Shown here: one piece after another, positions 36,142 through 45,915 of the stretch | Numbering within the stretch: position 1 is the first letter of the stretch | How the letters are laid out: each line of letters begins with the position of its first letter | Source of the DNA: Phyllosticta citribraziliensis | Taxonomy: Eukaryota | Direction of reading: 5' to 3' | Assembly: GCF_038025025.1 (NCBI RefSeq) | Contig: NW_027117341.1 | Location: 1,922,001 to 1,986,000 of the forward strand | Length of the DNA stretch: 64,000 nucleotides | Position numbers and translations under genes: made by a program | Notes under the pieces: generated by a model | Told to the model about the DNA's origin: nothing | Databases searched by the model: none | Seen by the model: the letters and a program-made list of their open reading frames with translations, nothing else

Positions 36142-37977
36142 TCAAAGCGGTCTCCGACTCAGTACTTGTTGAAGCCTTCCGTAGAAATTTGTAGTGCCTG
36201 CCGTCTTTTTGGGTGGAGCACCGTAGACTGGGGCGGTTGACATATGTCGTCTCTTGACAGACTCTTCGTGTGCGCGCGCCTCGAGGCTTGTCCGAGGATG
36301 TCTTTTCAAGACAGGCGGAATTGTATTGTCGAGGTGGCGGTGGGAAAAGGAGCCTTCGATTGGGATGATGCGACCAATCATCCGCCGTGCGAGAGAGTGT
36401 TTCGTATCGTTGTTCCCATCTGCTCCTCCCTGCCGGGCAGTCGTGGGGTGGTAAAACTGAAGGAGAATTTCAATCTGTATACCCAGCCTGAGCAAGCTGC
36501 TGGACCGTGTTACATATTCCGAAGATTGCAAGACCAGTCGAAAGCCAGCTTCGGGTATCTCAAAGATCATACTCCTCTTCGCCTCGCATTGCTTCATGGG
36601 ATGTACTAACTGCTCGTCGTACCGAGCACCTAGGTAATCCACTCGGCTTGCTTCTTCCCTTATCTTCGATGCCCAGCCGAGGCGTCTTTTCGCCAGATAG
36701 GCTGCGTGTTTCCACACTGAATATTGAGCAAGATTGTGCTCTCGGATCAAATGAAGAGACTTGGCTCGACAGCAGGATTCTATGGCAAGGAAGATGCCCA
36801 TGACGATTGCTCTGTCCTGAACGTTAGGCGTGAATCTACTTTGGTAAAGGTCATCAAGCAAATTTTTGAAACTGTAGCGAAAATTCTCCGGAGACTGTTC
36901 CCACCTCGAAGTGGAAATGACAAAATCCAAAGCATTGTAAGCGCGTAGCGCATGATGCCCCAGCTCTTTATGTCGTTTTGAGGTTCGATCGCTTGCCATG
37001 AATTCCCGGAGGAGGTCGGGTACTGACTCCTGCACCATCTCGTTGACTTTGAAAAGACCTGCCAGTTCTGCAAGGCCTGTCTTCTTTGAAATGGCCGACC
37101 AGTTTGTGTATGACAGCTGTGACTCAAACACTGCCTCTAGAAAAACATGGGAGGGCGGCTTGTCGTAATCGATGTCAATAAAATCCCTAGGTGATGTGCC
37201 GTCGCGATTCGCGGAAAGTAAGCCAAGCGCGCCGTAGACTCGATCCTGAAGTCGTTCACTTTTTAAAGTAGTGCTTTCCCGCAGCACATCCCAAAGCTCG
37301 CATTCTCCAACCACACGCAAATGGCGGATAAACTCCAGGGCATTCTGCCCGGGCATATCGAATTTCCCCCAAACATGCTCAAAATCAATCTCAAGGTTGC
37401 CGATGACGACAATGACCTGCTTCGCTCTTACAACTTCTTGGACTATCCATATACGTTTCCAGTATTCGTTGGACATGACGGACCTTGTCGCATTCCTTAA
37501 CGACCAATGGGACTCGTTATGCGGGATGAGCTTGTGGACATGCTCAAGAATCTGGCCAACTTTTTGGGATTCGTTCAGCCAGGATATAACCTGCATAGCG
37601 TTTTGAAAAATCTCTCCCATTTGCGGAATCTGGTGAGCTTTCTCTTCGTTATCTCTTTGATTAAGGCAAATCCGATCGGTCCAGAACCAGCGATCGAATT
37701 TGCCTTGGTGCCAAGCCCAGTCAAGAAACCGCCAGAGATTCTCATGAAGGGGGAAGATGAAACTTTCACCAGCTGGCGCATCTTCGGTCTCGACGAGGAT
37801 CTCCCGGGTCGGTGTTGCATCTCCCCAGACATATGATAGGGCGTAGTACTCAATGTCGGTTTGCTCAGCATGGCGGAGGACACAGACAATTGTGTCGTTG
37901 ACCTTTTGCTTCTGTATTTTGATGAGGCGAATTGTTGACCGCGTGGAGAGCTCGGTATATTGGAATTCGTTTGGCAT
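36142..37977 (-). CDS. HET-domain protein, paralog 2, ~611 aa, intronless
   Basis: FQYTELSTRSTIRLIKI, YYALSYVWGD, WFWTDRICLNQRDNEEKAHQIPQMGEIFQNA, YWKRIWIVQE, DRVYGALGL. Confidence 0.9.
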   Translation of the reverse strand: MPNEFQYTELSTRSTIRLIKIQKQKVNDTIVCVLRHAEQTDIEYYALSYVWGDATPTREILVETEDAPAGESFIFPLHENLWRFLDWAWHQGKFDRWFWTDRICLNQRDNEEKAHQIPQMGEIFQNAMQVISWLNESQKVGQILEHVHKLIPHNESHWSLRNATRSVMSNEYWKRIWIVQEVVRAKQVIVVIGNLEIDFEHVWGKFDMPGQNALEFIRHLRVVGECELWDVLRESTTLKSERLQDRVYGALGLLSANRDGTSPRDFIDIDYDKPPSHVFLEAVFESQLSYTNWSAISKKTGLAELAGLFKVNEMVQESVPDLLREFMASDRTSKRHKELGHHALRAYNALDFVISTSRWEQSPENFRYSFKNLLDDLYQSRFTPNVQDRAIVMGIFLAIESCCRAKSLHLIREHNLAQYSVWKHAAYLAKRRLGWASKIREEASRVDYLGARYDEQLVHPMKQCEAKRSMIFEIPEAGFRLVLQSSEYVTRSSSLLRLGIQIEILLQFYHPTTARQGGADGNNDTKHSLARRMIGRIIPIEGSFSHRHLDNTIPPVLKRHPRTSLEARAHEESVKRRHMSTAPVYGAPPKKTAGTTNFYGRLQQVLSRRPL

Positions 37978-40020
37978 GGTCGAGACAGCCGAGACAAGTC
38001 TCGAGTACTTTCCAGAACGCGCTTGAAAGAGTGGACAGAACAAGAAATTCGCTCAAGTCGGTCGGTGGCAGAAGATGGAACGATTGAAGAAATGTGTTTC
38101 CCAGTCGCAGCGGAAAGGGAACAGGAGGAGTTGCGCGTGCGCAGCCAAAAAAGATGGAGTTGAGGCCTCGACAGCGGAAGAGGAGAAAATTACACCAAAA
38201 TTGATGGGACTGGGCACCAAAACGATTGAGTATGGGGTTGTCCTGCTGGCTCTGAAGATGCTCTTGGCAGCACCTGAGGGGATGTGAATGGTGATAGACT
38301 GCGTGAGCAAGGATTTACCCCGATGCATTGAGAAATCAGGAAACACGGTCTGATTTGCTGTTCATGAAGCCGTCGCCAGGCTCGTCGTATGATTCAGTTG
38401 GCTCGTGTCGCAACTCTGGCGCAAGTCGCTTTTCCAGATGGTTGTTCAATCGTTCCTGCAGCACCTGCTGCTATGTTCTCCGCAATGCGTCGGTCGGATC
38501 GCATGCTTTGACGCTTTCGACGGGTTGATGGTTCTGCGGCTTGGGCGTCTTACTGCTCAGCCTGCTGCTCGATGAACGGTTGGGTCAAAGACTGTTGCTT
38601 GACTGCCCTCGAGTGCAGTGAGTAATGCCAAAGCATCAGGAAAAGCCCGATGACATGTGACAAGGCTTTCGATCGATATAATCAGACAGAGATGGAGTGT
38701 CTGAGTCGAGTTCAGAGAGGGACGATACCTCGCTGTCCAAAGGGAAAGGAGGCTCAGTGGTGGGGGCGATGACTGCACAGCCACGCATCCTGGAAAGTCG
38801 ACAGGCCTGCGGATGATGGATGATTGGAACGACTTAGGCGAGATGCGGATGTTGTCCCCATGTCGGCAAGATGGCGCGCGCTTACTCGTAGATCTCTACA
38901 TCTGGCAAGATGCTGCGTGACGGAAAGGGAGCACACAGGGTTGTCTGCAGAATATTTCCCATTCTGGCGATCGACCCGACGATGTTGAAGGCGTCGACCA
39001 ATCATATATGGCGCGCCAAACTACAAGTGGTTTAGCTCGAGCTGAACATCAAGGTCGAACGTCGTTCAAAAAAATATCAATGAAATCAGTGACCATCACC
39101 CACCCGTCGTCGACTTGGGCGGTGTGGAAGATGGACGGCAGAATGGGTCAACGGAGAAGCCGTCAGAGCGAATGGCTGCCCGGGTTGTCAGGTCGATTGC
39201 TGGTCTTTCGGCACCATGATATGGAAGGATCTAACAAACCAAAGGCCTGAGAGAGGACAGATGTTGTGAAGCAGCTGAAGACGATCGGAGTAGATGAGCG
39301 TGTTGTTCGATGGATGGATGGATGGATGGTTGGCGCCATGACGACCGTTGGTGGTGTTGAGTTGCTGCCGGGTAACGGGGCGGTGGCGGACGGAGGCGGC
39401 GCGAAGCGAAGCGAGGAAGGTGGTCCGGGCTATATGGATCGTCAGGGTCATTTATTCATTTTTTTGTTTGGGCCACCTTGGATATTGGCGACTGGGCTGG
39501 TGTGTGGTCGTCGGAGAGACTGGCCATGTCTCTTTCTCTTGCTATTGCTTTGGTCGACGTTGCAGTTGGATGTTTGATAGATAACACTGAAGGCTGAGGC
39601 TGAGGCTGTGGCTGGGCGAGGCGGTGCTGCCGTGTCAGTGTGGCTCTTTGACCACCAGACCTCCCTCAGGCGTCAAAGCCGAATCCAAGGCTGCTGTCCA
39701 ACCTCGTCTCTCATCCACCTGTCTTCGCCTTCAGCCATCGCCCAAACGAACGAGCAATCTCCTTCACCAATCGCCCGCATCTTCATTATTCGCCTAATCG
39801 CAGGCCGGGGGTGCCTCTCTTGAAACCGACGGGAGTTTCGCCGCGCATTGAGCTCCATAGCTGCCCGCCGCCGGACTGTGCGCGCGCTTCCGTCCTTGGC
39901 TGCGGCCCCTCCGTCACCACCATCTCTCCGCTCTGCTGCCGCCACGACCTCTCCCTCTCAATACAATAAACCGACCTACCATCAAAGGCAGCGTAGTCGC
40001 TTCGACGCTGCCCGCTCGCC

Positions 40021-40698
40021 ATGTCGTCCTATCTCTCCAACCTCCTCACCACCACCACCTCGCGATACAACTCGCTGCGACGCAACCTCCTCGACAGCGA
40101 AGGCGACGGCGACACCGAAGACGACACGCACATTGCCCGCGTCTTGCGCGCATACTACATGGAAAAGGGCCGCCCGTTTCCGCCCTGGCTGCCACCCGAC
40201 CCAAAGGCTCCCGCTACGCCCTCGGCCCAGCAATTCGTGCGTTCTACGGCACCTCAGACACAGCAGAGCGCCCCCAGCAGAGGCGGCCTCAGCGATCTCT
40301 GGGACCCGCCGGCACAGCAGGCTCCTCCGACACAGCCCACCTCACTGCGCAACCGCCCGGCGCCGCGCATGGTCAACTCGCAGGGCAGGGTGCTGCCGCC
40401 GCAAGATGTCATGAGCAGCCAGGGGCGACCACTGCCCAGCCAGCGCGCCGGTAGCTACCAGAGCACGCAGTCGACATTGTCGTCGCGGCCCTCGGTCGAC
40501 ACGCCGCCGCCGGGTAGCAGCGGTGGAGGAGCCACGGCTCAAGAACGACTGAAGCAACGACTTTGGGGGTCGGGCAGATCGGGGAGTCCTACCGGCAGCG
40601 TCAGCCCCGGAGGTACTGGATTATCAACACCTACTCGCAACCCATTCGAGAGATCTCACAGTGCTAACCCCCCATACACAGGGGGTCGGTTCAGATAA
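40021..40698 (+). CDS. MSO1: Sec1-binding exocytosis protein, Mso1-like
   Basis: N-terminal DGDTEDDTHIARVLRAYYMEKGRPFPPWL matches the Mso1 Sec1-binding motif; the remainder is low complexity. Confidence 0.82.
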   Translation: MSSYLSNLLTTTTSRYNSLRRNLLDSEGDGDTEDDTHIARVLRAYYMEKGRPFPPWLPPDPKAPATPSAQQFVRSTAPQTQQSAPSRGGLSDLWDPPAQQAPPTQPTSLRNRPAPRMVNSQGRVLPPQDVMSSQGRPLPSQRAGSYQSTQSTLSSRPSVDTPPPGSSGGGATAQERLKQRLWGSGRSGSPTGSVSPGGTGLSTPTRNPFERSHSANPPYTGGRFR

Positions 40699-41427
40699 TA
40701 GGAACGGACGACGAGCAACGAAACAGACGCGAACCCTCGATTGCCATTGCCGACCGACGATTAATCCTAGCGGGCCTAGGGCGGGTATGCCCATGTCGAG
40801 GATTGCATAGCGCTGGGCTGGGCGGGTCATGTGTGGCGTTACGGAGACTGGGACATTAGGGGCACAGTTTGCTGCGTACTTGCAGGCTCAGGCTGGACAC
40901 TGACAGGCTGGCTGATAATGCGGAGGGAGCATGCTGGAAAAGCAGTCTTTTACTGTGGGATAATTGCGATGGATGGCGTCAAGAGAATGGCATGGCATGA
41001 GATTGCTGGAATCATGGCACTTGATTGTTCAGATCCACCAACTTGATTCGTGGTGAGTTTAGGCAGCAGAATTAATTCGTATTCTCTCCAAGCAGTGACT
41101 TCGAAACCCCTTTTCACGTGAAAATCATTTGATAGTGATGGAAATATTTCTCAGCGAAATGAATTGTTTCTTGGAAAAGGTCAACGCCAAAGAACGGGTT
41201 GGTTGCTTGCGCCACACGTCAGTGAAGATCAAGGAACGGAAGTGAGGAGCAAGAGTGTGGCGCAGCTCAACCCCGCTAGCGCAACGCTAGACGTCATCGG
41301 CCCATCCCCGCCATCCATCTCACTACACCAGGCTGCCCTATCACACCCCAACGCGGCCCTGTGACCGCCCTACCGCTGCGCCTTTCCATCCACCCACAGA
41401 CCCACCCGGCACATATAAACTTCCATC

Positions 41428-44235
41428 ATGGCCTCCTCATCGGCCGCCCCCTCTGCTCCTGAATCATCTCCAGGCCCGCCGTCACCAACCGCTTCTTTCT
41501 ACGACATGTCTGACGATGAAGAGGGCGAGTACAACACCATCAAGCACACCAGCAGCGGGAAGGGTGTGAAGCTGCTCTTCACCAAGAGCAAGGTTGGTAG
41601 ACTCCTTCCTTGTCCACGAGTGGCGTAACTGAGACAGCGCTCAGGTTTACGTGCACCCGACGCCCTCGGCCAAGGACAACATTCCCGGCTTCATTGCCTT
41701 GGTTCAGCAGAAATCGAGCGACTCCGGCTCTGAGTCCAGTGATGCGCGTCCTCCATCGTCTGCCGCTGCGTCTTCGCTGCTCCTCTCCTGGGTCCCCGAG
41801 TCGTCCCTCGGCGACGCGTACTCGACCTATGTCAAGGTCGACCTCTCCGACTCGTCGTCGCCACCGCGCCAGTCGTACCTGGTGCCACCACCACCCACGT
41901 CCACCCACGGCAGCTCGTCGCTCGGAACCTATGCCTTTGCTGTGCCCGTGTCGGAAATTTACAGCTTGATGGTGCGCCCGCCGAGTATCGGCTGGTGGTT
42001 CGGTAGCGTCATCATCAACACGCGCGCCGGCGATAGTTTTCCCGCGCTCTTTTTCCACGACTCCGAATGCCAAAGCACCATCCTTCAGCGCAAGAAGCTG
42101 GCGCGCGAGAGTTTCGATCCCTTTGGTGAGGCCGGCGGGATGTTTTGGGGTGGCGACGAGGTGTTGCGATGGTTGAAGCGGTACGTGCGCGTCGTGCGCA
42201 GCACCGCCGAGCCCAGCTGCTACCTCATCGAGCCGAGCGAGGCGGACTTGGTTTCATTCGCACAGGACGAGAAGAAGGAAAAGGGAAAGAACAAAGCGGA
42301 AGGTGAGAGCAGCAAGGATGCAGACAAGAAGGCTCCGGGCGGGATGGATCCCATAACAAATGCGCTCAAGCAGGCGCAGTGGAATTTTCTCGAGAAGATG
42401 AGCCAGGTGACGACGTTCACGCGCCGGACTGCACAGGCTGTTGCCGACAATCCTAAGGTGCCGCCGCCAGTGCGGCGCTTCATGAAGAGTCCCGAAGTGG
42501 AGCGCCTGCAGGAAGAGTTTGACAGCGCGCGCATCTACCTGGCACGATGGGCCATGGGTATTGCGGAACAGAGCGAGCGCGAGCGTAACCAGCGGATATG
42601 GACGGCCAAGGATGTGCTGGCGATGGAGCAGAGTGAGGTCGGCGAGTTTGAGATTCTGGACATGGAGGCGGGTAACCTGTCGCTGAGCGACCGACGACGA
42701 CCGGTGACGATGGAAGAGTGGAAAAAGTTCTTTGACCTCACGACTGGCCGGCTGATTGTCACGCCTGACGAGGTCAAGGAGCGTGTCTTCCACGGTGGGA
42801 TGGATTCGAATGATGGTGTGCGGAAGGAGGCGTGGCTGTTTTTGCTCGGCGTCTACGAGTGGGACAGCACCGCCGATGAGCGCCACGTAAAGATGAACAG
42901 CTTGCGCGACGAGTACATTCGGCTCAAGGGCGCGTGGTGGGAACGCATGGTGGAGGGCAACAACACGGAGGAAGAAACGGAGTGGTGGCGCGAGCAGAAG
43001 AACCGCATAGGTATGTCTCCCGATCTCCAACATTCACGACCACGCAGGCTGACATTGGCCCATCTTACGGGGTCCGCCATGTAGAAAAAGACGTCCACCG
43101 AACAGACCGAACAGTCCCCATTTTCGCAGGCGAAGACATTCCGCATCCAGATCCGGACTCACCGTTTGCCGAGACAGGCACGAACGTGCATCTCGAGCAA
43201 ATGAAGGACATGCTGCTGACCTACAATGAATATAACAAAGATCTGGGCTACGTCCAGGGCATGTCGGACCTGCTCGCACCCATCTACGCCGTAATGCAAG
43301 ACGACGCTGTGGCGTTTTGGGGATTCGTTGGCTTCATGGAGCGCATGGAGCGCAACTTTCTCCGCGACCAGAGCGGTATGCGACTGCAGCTTCTCACCCT
43401 CGACCAGCTGGTACAGCTTTTGGACCCGACCCTTTACCTGCATCTCCAGAGCGCCGATTCGACCAACTTTTTCTTCTTCTTCCGCATGCTACTGGTCTGG
43501 TACAAGCGAGAATTCGAATGGAACGACGTCCTACAGCTGTGGGAGCGGTTGTGGACCGACTACCTCTCGTCCAACTTCCACCTCTTCATCGCGCTCGCCA
43601 TTCTTGAGAAGCACCGCGACGTCATCATGCAGCACCTGCGCGGCTTCGACGAGGTGCTCAAGTACATCAACGAGCTCAGCGGCACCATCGACCTCGGCTC
43701 GACGCTCGTCCGCGCCGAGGCCCTCTTCCGCCGCTTCCAACGCACCGTCGAGGCCGTCGACCGCAAGAACTCGCGCTCGTCCCTACCCATCCCGAGCACC
43801 GCGAAGCTCCTCCTACGCCAGCGCCGCCGCAACGCGTCAGCCTCGCCGTCACCTGCGTCAAGACGCGCGGCCAACAACCGCGGCAAGTCGACTGCCGTCC
43901 AGAACAGCGCCTCCCCGCCGCCCGATGATCCCGACGACCGTAAGGAGGTCATCAGCGACGAGCTCCGCGCTCTTCTCAGCCGCGAGATCCCCCGCTTGGA
44001 GCGCGACGAGCAGCGTGGCGCCGGCGAGCCGGGTATCGGCGAGAGCGGCGCGCGCGCGAGGGGCAAGATGGCGGAGAGTGGCTCGGAGCAGACAGAGAAG
44101 GACAAGAGTGCTGAGAGTGCGGATGGCGGTGCGAGTGCGGGTGATGGTGCGAAGGCGAGTGCGGGGAGCAGCGGTCCCAGCAGCAGGAGCGCGAGTGCGA
44201 GTGGCAGTGGCAGTGGAAGTAAGAACGGCGCTTGA
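41428..44235 (+). CDS. GYP7: Rab GTPase-activating protein (TBC domain), Gyp7-like; introns 41593-41644 and 43011-43084
   Basis: VKLLFTKSK|VYVHPTPSAKDNIPG, FPALFFHDSEC, RKEAWLFLLG, RI|EKDVHRTDR, GYVQGMSDLLAP, FFFFRMLLVWYKREF. Confidence 0.94.
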
Positions 44236-45915
44236 GTACGACTGGTAAGAGTGGTCGATGGTTTACTTGAGACTGCATCTGCATCTCTTCCTTTTTTCTC
44301 TCTTCTTTCATCGGCTTTGCTCTTTTCCCTCTCCTCTTCCTCCTCTCCTTCCTCCTCCTTCTCCTTTCCTTTTCTTCTGGGGTCTGACGGGACGGCACGG
44401 GACGCGACGGGACGGGGCGGTACTGGATTTGAACTGGGTGGTACGGTATTCGGAACGGAATGGAATGGACTGCACGGATTCACGGCGGCGACATCAACCT
44501 ACTGGTAACTTGTCGATATGACCATGACCATGGCCAGGACTGACCGGCGGACATGGACGGGGCCACGGGACGCGTGGATTGATAGATATCCAGGCTTGAA
44601 ACTCGAACGAACACTGTTTTCTGGTTCTTTTTGATGATATTCGGAGTGGAGGAGCTCGTTTGGCTGACAGGCAGGATGTGGAGAGGTGGAGAGGTGGTTG
44701 TGCTGAGCGTGAGGGCGCGGAGGGGGAGGGGGAGGGGGAGGGGGAGCGGGAGGGCGCGCCTACCTTCCTCAGTCATTCATCTTCCTCGTGGCTCTGAGTG
44801 CCTGCACGGCAGCTTTGGACGTTGTCATTCTTTTCTCTTCTTTTCCTCTCTACCTAACACCACCGAAATCGGAATCGAAGCATCGCATGTCTCTCGCCAC
44901 AACTCGTCTCGGCTTCTCTCAATTCGCCCTCTCAACTTGCCTCATTTTGCGCGCTCTTGTACCGCCGCCTTTCAGTCGCTGTTGACCAAGTGCTGCGCTA
45001 CGCCGCGACGCGTCGGTAAGTGCCTACTATTGCTATTGTTTGTCGTGCCGCCGTTGGGATTGGATGCTGACAAGCTTTCAGCCTCCGCGAGCTCACCAGC
45101 GAATCAACACTGCCCAATCACCTCTCCACGAGCCGAGTTCGCCACAACTTCGCCGCCCTCAGCCTCCTTCGCGTCTTGCATTTAGCGTCTCTCAGCCTCG
45201 GTGTCTGCAAGTTTGCATGGCTTGCATGGCGTCTGCTGTTGACGCAAGCCGGACTACCTTGGCTTTGGCGCGGTATGCTTGATTGGCTGACTGACTCCCT
45301 TTATCATATACTGACCCCTCTACCTATTTAGGCAATGAAGTACGCCCAGCTATGAATTCAACACGTCAAGTTAGGTCAACTACCTTATTCACCACGGCGT
45401 TTGGCAGCATCATCCACCACATCATATTATCACGTCTCACCTAGCGCGTCTCATTCAGTGCGTCTTACTGAGCGTGTCTTGCTTGAATGAGACAACGCGT
45501 TGAGCAAGATGTGGTACAAGACAACGCGCTTAGCCCAATTAGGCAACTTTGAACGCTGCAAGAATGCAGCTGATGGTGATTTATTGCCTAAATGGGCAAG
45601 AGGAGCCAGTAATTGAAAAGGGGAAGTTAGTATTTGAAAAAGGGGAGTCAGTAATCTGATAGCCATTTAAAATGTTTGTTGACGTGCCACCAAGCAGTAG
45701 GTCAAGAAGCAGATTCGACGAAACTCCAAAACGAGAAGAAAATCGAGCCACAGAGAGGAAAAAGCAAATCGAGCCGCAGAGAGGAGCTGAATATCGAGCA
45801 GCGAGAACAAAAAAAAAAGATACGCCTTCGCGCTGGCTGTAAAGCGGCCAGCTTCGAGTTTAACGGTACTAGAGGAGCCGCGGAATATTCCTGGTCCTCA
45901 TAGCGACCGTTCACC

